Below are positions 11,901-24,117 of a stretch of 64,000 nucleotides of DNA, piece by piece. Source of the stretch: Vermamoeba vermiformis (lineage: Eukaryota); contig JBEWZL010000179.1 in NCBI GenBank assembly GCA_045837725.1, positions 1 to 64,000 of the forward strand, written 5' to 3'. The notes beneath the pieces were generated by a model. That model had not been told where the DNA came from. It searched no databases and saw only the letters and a program-made list of their open reading frames with translations. A program made the position numbers and the translations under genes. Every line of letters starts with the position of its first letter. The first letter of the stretch is position 1.

Positions 11901-14612
11901 TTCTGGCAAGTGAAGTTTCGTCCCTCGCATAGTGTGGAGATCAAGTCCAATACTGCCGAATAGAACAGGACGCGATGAGATTTCGATTTTGTAGGCTCGT
12001 CCATTGCACTCAAATCTGCGCTCCAATCGGTATCCGCAGTGAAAGCACGAAGGCTCGTCCATTTGTCGTCCGCTGAGTATTGAATCTCGATTTCACCATC
12101 GTTGATTCTTCTCTTTGGCACAATGCTGCTGTGCTTCACCAACTCGTAGCAGATCATCTTTTGGTTGTTGGCAATAATGGTGTTCGAACAACGACAGAGC
12201 GTGCATAGGAGTTTCAAGAACTCAATGTCACGGGTCTTATCGATTATTGCGAAGATTTCCTCTACGAATGTTGGAGTAACTTCATAAAGGATTTGATCGT
12301 TGTTCTCGTACATTTCGTTGAAGACTTGCGCAACCATGGCACGACGGAAATGATCGACCTTTAAACCAACGGTTAGTTATACCACGAAAGGCAACAGGGC
12401 AAGTGTCGCTTACAATTTGCGCGTTTCCTTTAGCATAGAACGACAAGCTCAGGTAGTCTCTCAACACTGTTCCGTTTCTTTGATTATTTTTCGCGATGAG
12501 CTTAAGAAGTTTGTAGGCGTAGCGCGTGACTTCAGCGGGCTGAGCAGGTCCGACTTCAGCAATTCCAGAAACAACGTCTAGTACTGCGTGCTTGCCAAGC
12601 AGTTTCTGGTGACTAAGAATAGGTACTCCCTCCCGTGTCAGAGGGTCGCTGTTATCGGAGTGAGTGCAGAAGCAAATGAGTTCACCGAGCACGCTGATGA
12701 TATCCCTTTCGTTCACGGACTCATCTCCGTCTTTGATTGAGTTGAGGTAGTCTTTCAGAATGGGAATGCACGTCTCGACAAATTCGTAGTCTGTCACTTG
12801 TGTTTGAGGGACCAAATGAACGGCAAAGACATCCTTGTAATTGAATTTTCTGCTGCACAATATTTCAGACTCAGTGTGGCCTTTCATCTCGATTTGATTC
12901 GTGCTTCCGAACAATGCTTCCGATGGATGCAACCAAACCTTGCTGCTCACGTTCTGCAATAGCACTGTACTTCCGTACTCGATAGCCTGATCGTTTGAGG
13001 TCGCTGTTCGAAGCGGAACCAGGGCAAAAAGAGCGTATTGGTCCCAAGGATTGCTCGTCAGAGCGACCTGAAGCAATTCGTCAGACTCCATTGATGCAGA
13101 GCTCGGGATCTTGATGCCCTCTGGCCTTGGGCTACGCAAGTTAATTGTTGACATATTCAAGGCTTGAGAAACGTTCAATGTCTGTACAGAGCAATTAACA
13201 CCAAAGAGCACAAAATCCTTCCATGGTACGTACCACTCGAGTTTTCACGCTCTCCACTGAATCTGAACTACTGAGAAGAGCGGGCTCTGAACTAACATCT
13301 TGAGTTTTAACTGTCAAATAGAGCGCAGTACCAAACAGTCTTAATCTGATAGGCTTCGACCAGGTGACATCCAAGTCCATCGACTCAGCTCCTTCCGGCA
13401 ACTCCACAACCCACACAGTACTGTAGGACAAAATTGCATCGCCTGACGCTCTTCCTCCGTGGTAAAACTTGCACACAACTGACGGACCGAATGCTGAACT
13501 TGTAGGCTGTGAGCTGATCATACTTTGAGATCGACTGTCGCGAATGACGTCTGACTTGCTGTCGCTTCCTTGTAAGTAGCCTGCGTTGGGATGACAAAGC
13601 CGTATCTTGCTGCCTTGCTTTAGTGAATTCACAGTGTGTTCGATCAAGTCGGACACTTGCAACGTGAAGTAAGTCGAGTGGTTTGGGTGTAAGTCGAGAC
13701 TGTACAGAGCTCCTTCTACTCCCTCAGTGTTAGGTGTCATAAATAAACTGCCACCATAAAGCACGTGCTCAAGTCGAATTTGATCGCCCTCTGCAACGCG
13801 CTCTCCTTCGAGTTCGTAGAGACCATCCTCACTCGCTGTGCCGTGTGGCAAGATTTTGAACCAACAACGCTTATGGACACGTCAATAAAATTCTTTCAAA
13901 GACTTGCATTAATTCCTTTACCTTTGAACCCTCTTTTTCTAATCTGATCCAATCTTCAGAGGACTCTAACTCGCCGAGAGTTGATCTCTCACGAGCTGAT
14001 AACAACCTATTCGAGCGTTTGTGCAGAAGCTGAAAGTAAATGTTAAGCTCGATCCACAACTAGTGTCTAGTGTAGCTTACTTGAACAATTTGTCCATATA
14101 CAATTGATTTCCCGTCCAGTTGGGCTTCCAGAGTTTGATTAGCCTCATTTTCCAGTTGATACGCCTGAAATCACAAACTTAGATCGTGGCGCGAATGCCG
14201 AAATTCAAGTCAGCTTACTTCTAGTACTTTTCTCTCCTCCTCACCAACGGCGTTTTGATTCCTTCGTTGCATAGTCTCTTTGGCCGCATATTGAGACATC
14301 GGCATAATTTTGAAAACGCAATCTGGCCACAAACCAATTAGCTTTGTTTAACATGTCAAAAAATATACATAATTAATTATAATAATTTCATATTCGAAAA
14401 ATAATCATTAAACAAATGTGTAATTCAAAAATATTTCGAAAAGATTACTGTCAGTTTCAAAACTGGCTTTTACCTTTATCTTTCGTATTTTTTATGATAC
14501 ATTGATCGTCTGTTTTACTATCTATGCTAATAAAACCTTCTTCATCTCCAGTTTCGGAGTAGAAGACGATGTGATCGCCGATCTTCAAGTACCGCTTCGA
14601 AGTCTGAGCCAT
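5924..14612 (-). CDS. ITPR: Inositol 1,4,5-trisphosphate receptor-like Ca2+-release channel (multi-exon)
   Basis: N-terminal YLKIGDHIVFY..GFIS..DDQC and DCVFKIMPMSQYAA match the ITPR suppressor-domain pattern. MIR and RIH motifs are present (LCEGRNFTCQ, VCEGKNY), followed by the TM region and C-terminal CFIC..HIDKDHNLLHYLYF. Confidence 0.92.
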
Positions 14613-14941
14613 TAGCGTTTATCGAGCGATATTCAGCATGAAGGTAAACAATTACGCGTTGTGGGAAGCAGAATCTAATAAAAAATAGTTATGATTCAGT
14701 TTGCTAACGGCGGTTGTTTTTGATCGAGTCTAAAAATGGTGACAACAAGTCATAACAACAAAGCGGGGTGTCGGACTAGCAACATAAAATTAGCTGTTTT
14801 CTAGGTACTACGGTAATCAAGTTAAACGAAGTAATAGAGACTGGATCAGAATCCGCGGCGTAGGTAAACCACACCACAGAAGTTACCGCAAAATAATCTC
14901 GTCAATTTATTTACAAATTTACAGACGCGAAATGGCCATCA

Positions 14942-15844
14942 TTATACTAATTGGCCGTTATTGAAGTCCCGATGCAATGCTTCTAACAAGAATACAATGA
15001 CTTTCTCTTTCTTGGCGTGTTGCACGACGCGGAGCAAATTCAAAATTTGAAAAGGTGCGTAATATGCGACATACCATTCAAATTTCGAAAATTGGTCGAC
15101 GATCAGGTGATCCAAATATTTGAGCGCAATTGCCATCTTCGTCGGATCCAAATCGTCCATATTCTTCAGCATAGTACTTGTCCAGGCATATCGCGTGTCT
15201 TGGCGCCACTTAACGATGTCTTGCAGAGGCGACTCCATGAACGTGTTCAGAAAATCGATGACGTAGATCTCTTTGGCATGAAATTGACCGAGGGAATTGA
15301 TCAATATGTTAGACATGGTCAAGTCTCCGTGGCACTTTCCGACTGGTATGAGAGTCTGGCACTTCTCTGGGACGAGTCGATCTGCGAGGTACTCGCGACA
15401 TTTCTTCAAAGTCTCGGCATACAATGCATTGCTGGCGAGCACTTTCTGCGCGGACTCGTTCTTGTCGATGTTACGGAACACCTCCTCAGTCTTGGACAAC
15501 ACGCTCGTCAAATCCAGAGGGATCAACTTTGACTCGTCAATTTCCCGCTCGATGAGCTCTACTATTGCATCATTGAGCGACATTAGACCGTCCTTAGTGC
15601 TAGAACTCGCAAAGCTGAAGCACTCATTGTAGGGCAAGTACTCCATCTCTACGGTAGTGTTAGTGTCATCAGTACGAACAGATCGTATGCTAGCAGTTTT
15701 AATGCGAGCGCTACACTTGAAGCCAATCTGCTTCTCGATTTGCAAGAGCAATCTTGGATTGCCTCGCTTAATGACGACATAATCTGCACCCTGCTTGCTA
15801 ATGAAGACTTCCGCATCCGGTGAATGCCCTTGCAGTTTGAGCAT
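14942..15844 (-). CDS. Intronless APH/choline-kinase-like phosphotransferase
   Basis: Brenner-type HGDLTMSNIL and YVIDF motifs in a single uninterrupted ORF. The first ATG is at 15844; the track ORF extends to a TTG at 15907. Confidence 0.85.
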   Translation of the reverse strand: MLKLQGHSPDAEVFISKQGADYVVIKRGNPRLLLQIEKQIGFKCSARIKTASIRSVRTDDTNTTVEMEYLPYNECFSFASSSTKDGLMSLNDAIVELIEREIDESKLIPLDLTSVLSKTEEVFRNIDKNESAQKVLASNALYAETLKKCREYLADRLVPEKCQTLIPVGKCHGDLTMSNILINSLGQFHAKEIYVIDFLNTFMESPLQDIVKWRQDTRYAWTSTMLKNMDDLDPTKMAIALKYLDHLIVDQFSKFEWYVAYYAPFQILNLLRVVQHAKKEKVIVFLLEALHRDFNNGQLV

Positions 15845-16056
15845 TTTAAGACTTTTTTGATGTCGGTGTTGTTGATGGTGATTTTGCAATGAAAAACAAT
15901 TCAACATTGAAATGCTGAAGCTTTACATGTAAAACGTCAAACCTTGGAAATTGTGATTCAGGTATGTGCTCGCATGATTTTCAAAATTGCAATTTGCTCG
16001 GTATGACCACACCGTCGATTTCACTAACCACTTGTCGTGAAGCTAATGACACCAAC

Positions 16057-18328
16057 ATGACATCAAATGATGGCTCGACAAATCAAAACCGGTTCATTAC
16101 CGTTGTTGCCTTGGTTGGACTAGTTGCTGTGCAGACTTTAGTAGCGATTATCTACAAACTCGCTCAGACCAACGGCAAATATGCATTCTCGACTGCATCC
16201 GCGCTCACGATGGCTGAATTCATCAAGATCTGGCTCAGTTTTGGACTGCACACCCGAACTACCGGATGGAAAAATACGATCCCAGAACTAAGAGAGCATA
16301 TCAAAAAAGCCCCTTACTTTCAAATAGCGGGATTAGCATTTTCATACTTCGTCAATAATCACTTAAATTTCTATTTATTTTTGTGGGCAGATCCCGTTTC
16401 AATTACCGTAATGAAGTCTGGAGCATCCTTCATTACGGCAATATTATCGTGGATAGTACTTGCACGATTTATTTCCCGCGTCCAATGGAGTGCCATATTG
16501 CTACAAGTGGCAGGATTGTGCCTTCTCCAGTACGATCCGTGTCGAAATTCAACAACTTTGGAATTAAATGGCTATTTCATCATGTTTATCAGCGTCTCAA
16601 TAGCTTCTGCCAATGGAATTTGGAACGAACGATTGCTAAAATCTTACGACTGTTCCCTGAATGTTCAGAATATGATGCTCTACACATCTGGAACAGTTTT
16701 CAACTTTTTTCTCTTTTTGGTTCATAGCAATGAAATTGGCTTCTTTGAGGGTAATGCGGAATTTTGCAAATTTCAAATATTAATTGAAATTTGGTTTAGG
16801 CTACAACGTGCCAGCAATAATTGTGGTGTTTTTGAACGCAGTCATCGGCCTTACCATTACAGTCATCTACAAATACACCAATGCTATTGCTAAGACATTC
16901 TGTTCGGCAGTGGCAACTGTAGTTCTATTCATTGTCAATGCAACCCTGTTCAACACACCAGCGACACTCAATTCAATTCTCAGTTGCATCGTGGTGTTTG
17001 TGGCAACTTATTTGTATACACAAAGCGCTGCCGATAATTCGAAGCCAAAGGAATACAACAAATTGCCCACGAGTCAACTCGACGTCGAAGAGCCAGCGCC
17101 AAGCAAGTCCTGCCTTGGATTTTTGTCCGCTCGTCGCATTGGAGCAGTGGTATTCGCTGCGCTGATCATCACTTCAGTGGTAATCTCTATTCAGACTGTC
17201 AAAGCCTCAAGTTCCGCTTTAATTGCATCGAATTCAACTATCAAGACACCAATAGCCGTATTTGCACCAACTGCGTCCGCTTCTTCCGAGTTGCGAATTG
17301 GTGGTGTGGTCAGTCCTCCGAGCAGAGAGTTCTTCGACGACATTCTGGTGATCATTCACTTTCACAGTCCCCACTTTAGACATTTGCCGGTCATTCTCGG
17401 CGAGTACGGCAAAGTATTCAAAAACATCGTCATTTGCGCACAAAAGAAAGCGGATTTGGTCGATTATGTTTGCACAAAAGGTACGCTAAGTATTGAATGA
17501 AGACTTCGTCTAACGCTTGACCACAGATCAAATTACAGGAGGTGGTAACTTCATGTACACGTGCGTGGCAGACATTATGGAGGCATATCCAAACTTCAAG
17601 GGCTACATGGCTTTCCACTTCGACGTTATTATCAATTATTGGAACTTCCCTAGCTTCGACAAAACTAAGCCGTGGATTTCGTTGACCGCGGACAATACAG
17701 GTCCGTATCCCATCAACAAATACACTCAAGACCAGTGGCCAGGTACAGGATATTATTTTTTGATTGTCGCACGTGCTTAACTGGCTATCAGATGATTGGG
17801 GCTGGTGGGGCTCTGAGTACGGCGTTGTTGCGTGTAAGGAGGCCGTCAAAGAATACACAGCGGAGGATAAGAACAAAATGGGAAAAGCATGGGGATTCGA
17901 AGACGGAATGTACAGAGGTAATACTACCTTCTCACCCACTCCATGTTTTAACCGTGTATTTTAGGCATGGGTGATCTCTACTATATCCCCAAAGCCAAGA
18001 TCACCGAGTACAGCAGATTGGCACGCATGTTCCAACGAAACAAAGTCTTTCTTGAAATCGCCGTGCCTACTATAGCGAGCCTGATTGACTTCCCAGCCTA
18101 TCCAACGAACATAACGGGTAAGTAAACTGCTCGACAGAATGATTGTCTAATTGCACTGCAGGCGTTTACGATTGGAGCTATTTGGGTGGTTGGGATCAAG
18201 CAAGGTCGTGGAGTTCCATTTACCTAACTAATTTGCACTTTGTGCACCCGTATCCTTGGTTTAAAGACACGGCGTACGAGGACTTTAGAAAAATGATGCA
18301 GTTCGGCTACACAGCGAATAACTTGTAA
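16057..18328 (+). CDS. SLC35A-like nucleotide-sugar transporter fused to a STELLO/DUF288-like glycosyltransferase domain
   Basis: Transporter helices (AEFIKI, YFVNN, QWSAILLQ, NERLLK, YKYTNAIAK). ORF 16784-17500 runs in frame from the last transporter helices through a further TM segment into DDILVIIHF. Later exons carry FDVIINYWNF, DLYYIP, VFLEIAVPT and HFVHP. Confidence 0.8.
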
Positions 18329-18368
18329 ATATACTCTTTATGAATACAACATCTAACACTAAAGATTT

Positions 18369-21300
18369 TTAAAACAAGCCAGCGTCCTTCTTTACGCGCA
18401 ATTGTTTCCATTTCGGGAATGCTTTGAAGGCGGCACGTTTCATCTTGAATCGCTTTTCAAACTCTTCTTCACTCAAGAAGTCCTCCAATCGCTCAGGATC
18501 GACACCAGGAGGATACGGCTTAACTTTCAATCGATCAAAGTCAAAAATCAAAGCGCCGTCAGCAGCCTCGGTGACTTGCTTGTCGGTCGTGGTGATCGAT
18601 CCAGTTGGCGTTGGTCGTGCGTTCTCTTTAGGGGCCTCGCTTGCCTTTGTACCCTCCATCTCCTTCTTGACCTCGTCAACCAATGCGGGATCAACATTGA
18701 TCAATTGGGTGGAGAAGTGCTTGATCTCAGCCAACTTGCGAGTCCACGGATCTTGACCGGACTTCTTCGGGTCCCAGCCGTGGAAATGAGCAGTAAATTG
18801 AGGAGTCTCGTGTCCTTCGTGGCACAAGACGAGAGGGCAGGTCTCAGAAGTACGACCATCATCTGCATACTTGATGTAGTCCTATAAAGTGCGTGTCAAA
18901 ACCAACCCGGATCTAAAAATGGATCTTAGTGCTTACGACTGCGGTGTTCATGCCCATTTCCTTCTCGTTCTGAGTGGACTTGCTGCCAACCCAAACGAAG
19001 ACAACGTCAAAAGCATCCAGCAACATTACGTCGTCTGAAGTGGATGTCAGATGTGCAGAACAGAAAACCGAATCAAATCAATTTAAACTTACCGATATCC
19101 AAGTCGTCTTGCGAAAAATTGTGAATTTCGAACACTTTGAAAACACCGGTGCGGTCAGAGCATTGAAACAAGCGAGCTTTGATGTCGTGCGCAGCCAGAT
19201 ACGGTTCGTTGGAGTACGGCTGTTTGCCGCCCAAAGCGGACCAAAATTCATCACTCTCGCTTCCTTCTTCAACGACAGTTACGGGTTTAGTAGCATTCTA
19301 GAAAAAAAAAAGGCGGTTAGGGTCGGATCGAGGCAAGATCGTGACCAGATCAAACAAGATTTTCCAAGGACAAGGTCCTCGATCAAAAAGAAAGCAACCG
19401 TTCGATCAGCTCAGCAAAAAAGCAAAAAGAGCACAACACCTCCGATTCCCAGGTAGTCTCCTACCCCAGTACTAAGAAGGCCTGAACAAGCTTAACTTCG
19501 CTGATCGGACGGGAAGCGGTGCATTCTTGTTAGTGTGGTCGTGCCCGAGACGCTTTGCAACAACGTGTTCGGGTCACTACTTGCGAACACTAACAAATCG
19601 CGCACCAATTCCATCCCGGTCTCCGGACAAATTTCATTTTTGGATACGATCTACGAAAAAAAAATCTGGTCTGAAAGTGAACTTACTGCAATAGCGCGCT
19701 GAGCAATCAAGCCAGTAGCCATAGAACGCTCAAATTTGTTGGCTCCCTTGCCAATCCAAGTGAAAGCTTTTTCAGGCAGATCGAGCACAAAAGCGTCGTT
19801 GGAGTTCAGCGAAGTAGCAACCTACACACATTAGTATACTGCAACGGTAGTATTAATAATACGGCTTACAGCTTCCACTTGAATGGCACGAGTGTTGACT
19901 TCATTTGTGCCGCGCAATTGGAACAACACTTTGGTGGGCTTGTTGTCGACCCACTCCTCACGCGAACCCTTGCGAAGGATGTACGTGCCTTCGAAGTGCG
20001 ACAAGAAGTGATCGGGCTCTTTGTTTTGGATAACACGGATCTAATGCGCATGAATTAGTAAATGTTAGACATGAAACCCAACAAGTACCTGAGATGCAGA
20101 TCGTCCAAACTTATTGGCGTAATCTGATGACAATAGCGAGCCAGCACCTTTGTCGTCCTTAAGAGAGCAGTTAGCTTGATAGTGCAACGAATTAAATGGC
20201 ATACTTGGCTCGAGTCACGTCCTTGCCAATTGTACACAACGTGACGATAACCACCACCGCGCAAGTGCACGGAGAAGTGAATAATGTAGCTGTTGCCAGA
20301 GTGGAACAAGCCGTATTCTTCCATAGGCAAGCTGTGCATCTTGGAATCCTTGACGAACCAGATCTGCAACTCGCTCTCGAGATCCGGATCCTTTGAAGGC
20401 ACAGTATCAACGAGCTCTTCGTGTGCGATTTGATATTTCTCAGGGTGATGTAACGCGTCGATGTTGACCTTTTCTTGGACGAGAGTGCCAGCCATCTTGT
20501 GCGACTTCTCGATACGCTTGCCGAAGTTCTCGGGCGTGTCAATGTATTCCTTGAAGTTGCCACGGAACTTGGCCTTGAACAAAGCGTTCTCAACGCCTTC
20601 AGTGACCTTGGTAATAGGTGTCCAGTTGGGACGTTGGAAGTCGTGCAAGAACTTCTTGGCAATGTTCATGGACTCACTCTTCTCTTGCGCGGTAGATTTA
20701 CGGCCAGTCCACACAAAGATCTCAGTGACGCAGTCGAGAATGAAGCAGTCGTTAGTGTCCAAGTGGCTGCGGTCGAGAGGCTTGCCACCCAAGTCAACTT
20801 CAGTGATCTGAATCGAGCCACTGGCATCGCTGACACGATACAACTTGGTCTCCTTGGAGTACTGCTCTTCGAACTCTACGTCATCGCCACCACTGCAAGC
20901 GCGTTAATATCACTTCTGTACAAGAAAGATACTTGGAGATTTACCTGACTTCGTCTTGAATTTCACCTTTGCCGCCCAGAGCTGTCCAAAACGCGTCATT
21001 TTCCTTGCCGTCATCGATGATTACAACCTCGGCCTTAATTCTGTTCATACGCTCATCGCGGAGGCGTACGGTCAAATCCAGTGCCTTGGCCTATAATATG
21101 GTCAGCAAACTAAGCTTGGCACTCCTATTTAAGAATTTCCGACCTTTTCCATCCGAGATGCGCCCTTGCCGTTCCATTGATAAATGACGGTGTCGGTATC
21201 CAAAATGAAGACGTCTCCCTTGTTAAGCGACTTGACTGAGACCTCAACTTGCTTGACACGAATGTTTCTTCGTCCCTACAACTCAGATGTCAGTCGGAGT

Positions 21301-22007
21301 CAATTCCGCCATGTTGTGTGCTGTGATTTTACGATGATTTTAAATTTAAAACGTACCTTCAAATGATATAACTTCGTGGGATGGTCTTCTTCACGCAAAT
21401 TGACTTGTTCTTTCAAGTGAAGAGGCTCGACGTAGCGGATACCTTGCTTGAAAAAGCTCAAAAATACCGATGACTCGTGTTCCTGGACTTCTCTTGCTAC
21501 GGTGCATTCACCACAGTGTTTTTCAAGCACTTGCAATTGTTCAGAAGCAAAATTCTAAATGTGGCGTTAGGATTTGATCGTGCGTAAGGTTGGCGTTGCG
21601 CTTACCTCTTGAGTTGTAGTCTTGCCGATCCAAATATATACGGTGTGGCTCAAATTGCCACTGTCTGCCATTAGACTCTGCGTTATACCACAAGATCAGT
21701 CGTGTAACCGTTAGAGAAAATTGAACTAAAATTTAAAATTCAAGTCTTAAATAACAATAATTACGTGCGATATAGTGCTTACATGGAGAATAAGATAACA
21801 ATCATCGGTACGGAATAGACCGTGAGTTCCTTTGCCAACAACGGAGATCTCTTGAGATTTGTTATCAATTCGCCAGATAAGCAAGCCTCTAGCAATTAAA
21901 TGTTAAAGAAAATATTTTATCAACTAAATAGAACAAAAGAGAATTGAGATTAAAGGATTATGTTTTGGATACGGTTCTTTGCCAGCCTCTTGAAACTTGT
22001 GGGCCAT
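18369..22007 (-). CDS. Villin-like actin-binding protein (gelsolin repeats + headpiece)
   Basis: Repeated gelsolin motifs (DCFILD..IFVWTG, DVFILD, DAFVLD, DVMLLD) and a C-terminal headpiece LEDFLSEEEF..F..FPKWKQLRVKKDAGLF. Confidence 0.93.
19428..19546 (-). rRNA. RNA5S: 5S rRNA, intronic in the villin-like gene
   Basis: 119 nt GGGCACGACC...CCCGTCCGATCAGCGAAGTTAAGC...TTAGTACTGGGG...CCTGGGAAT...GTTGTGCTCT. The terminal helix pairs, and a T-run Pol III terminator follows. Confidence 0.96.
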
Positions 22008-22423
22008 TCTACCGTGTTACAATAACTAGCTGATGTGGTAGATCGTTTGTATACGAAAAAAATAACTACTCCAAAACTCGCGAGTTAAAAATAGTTCTGC
22101 CTTTCAATTATAAGAAGAGACGAAAGTGCAACAGCAAAGTTGCTTCGTAGACTCTTCCTTAAGCATTATGGCCAGCAATAGGTGAATACTAATTATGGAA
22201 GATCACTGATTTGGAACGTGGTGCGATTTTGAAACAATGATCGGGATCGCGGCCGCGAACAAAAAATTGAACACGAAGTCTAGAAAATCGCCGTTTTAAT
22301 TTTCTAGAACGAATTTGAATTACCCGACAATTACTGAAATTTTACAAATCTTTTCGTTTCGAACGACACATTGAATTATACCAGCTCTTTTATTCTGCCA
22401 GTAGTTGTACACCCAAAGTTAAC

Positions 22424-23939
22424 ATGCCATTTTGCACAGAATGTGGCGCAAGGTTACCGTGGCCAGGAGCCAACTTTTGCGGTCAATGTGGTATCAAACA
22501 AACTTCCACTGTCTCCACGACTAACGAGTACGTAGATATTATTGATATTACTTGTGTTAAATACAATTTATCGCGGATGATCATCAATTAATTTCGTAAT
22601 AACCGATTTAATTAAACAAAATCACAGAAAAAATTCCATTCAGAATCTAAATTAATGCTAACAGCATCTCTTTAATCGCTAGAAAAGCTCAAATAGCCAA
22701 TAGGCCACGCCCGTCTCAAGGGTCTTGTCCTCCCAAACCAACAATCGTTAGTAAAAGCGGATCAATCCTCCAAAAAGCAAACTCGCAACCGGACATTTCC
22801 TCGAGGATTCGTGCTAATTCCAGTCCTACAACGAAAATGAGCCCTACCAGCAAGCCTGCTTTCAATAGAGAACCAGCTTCCATCTCTAAGATGTCATCAA
22901 CAACGGAAATTTCAGCGCGACCAGCAAAATTTCAAACGTCAAACGCGCAACCAAAATACAACACACAGCGAGCACCTATCACAAAGCTTAATATTACGAA
23001 TCAACCAGAGAATAAGCCGACGATGACTTTACGTGCCTTATGTTCTCCGCGAGTTATCCCTGTAGAGAAGCAAACATCGGTACCGGCTCCACGAGCTGTT
23101 AATAGGTCAAATCCCTCGAGTACATTATCGTCCCCTCGCACTCAGCACAACGATGAGGCACCTCCCGCTGCTGTTTCATCCCCTCCATCCTTTAGTCCAC
23201 GATCTCCTCGCTCAGAACCCACATTCTTGCCGATCAAAGGTACCAGTTCTACGGTAGCAAAGCAAGGGGACTCGAACACTGTGCCGAGTTCGGAGAACGA
23301 AATTATTCTTGTCAAGTCGACTTACCAAGCAGAGTCAAAGTCAGCGCCTTTGCTGTTGCAGTCAGTCACTCCGAAAACACCGCCGAGCACTGTACATACC
23401 AAGCACATGTCGTTCAATACGATGGTTGCTGGTATTGTCGGTCACGACGTAAGTGTACACACTTCATGTTATTGCTTGCTTACATCCTCTTTAGAGCGAA
23501 GAATACCAGGCGCAAGTAGTGGGGTATGAAAAACGTACAGAGAAGATCGACAGATCAAAGCCAGTTACAGTATGAAGCCGTGCTAAGTCTCACGTATTTG
23601 CTAACTATTAATTTGTTTAGATGTACAAGATAGAAGTCTCGAAAGGAGGTCAGAAGTGGTTCGTGTACCGCAGGCGTGGACAGTTTTGTAAACTCATGCA
23701 AAAGGTGCGTGCTAGCCCAACTGCGAGGCTAAAACGAACTAACCCGTTAACAGCTAAGGGCCAAAAAGATGATTGGAAATGATTTAAATGTACCGTCCAA
23801 GAAGGGTGACGTCAACGAGTGCGTAAAGTTACTGGGTTATTTTATCAAAAGTATACTGTTACGCGAAGAAATAGCAAAGAGTCATTATATTAGCAATTTT
23901 TTGAAGCCTCTCCAATTGGGCGACATAAAGCCACAATAA
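22424..23939 (+). CDS. Zinc-ribbon + Pro/Ser-rich + PX-domain protein (paralog 1)
   Basis: N-terminal FCTECG..NFCGQCG. C-terminal PX-like YKIEV..WFVYRRRGQF..L...FLKPLQLGD. Confidence 0.8.
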
Positions 23940-24117
23940 AAAATCTTTCGCCTCCGCCTGAAAGAGCTGAACCATGAACTAAATTTGGAAATGGAAAAAA
24001 TCTGTAGCTCTTGCGATTTGTGAATCAATTTGACAAACTGATTTAATACAACAACAGAGCTAGTCTTGTTTAAATAATGCAGTTCGAGTGACGGGAAAGC
24101 GAGATCATCAAAAAAGC

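Noticed and set aside
5924-14612. Operon of separate genes or a frameshifted pseudogene
   Set aside because: The ORF breaks coincide with short GT-AG introns, and the pieces follow ITPR domain order.
18974-19456. 160-aa plus-strand ORF
   Set aside because: It is antisense to villin exons and the 5S flank, with no recognisable motifs.
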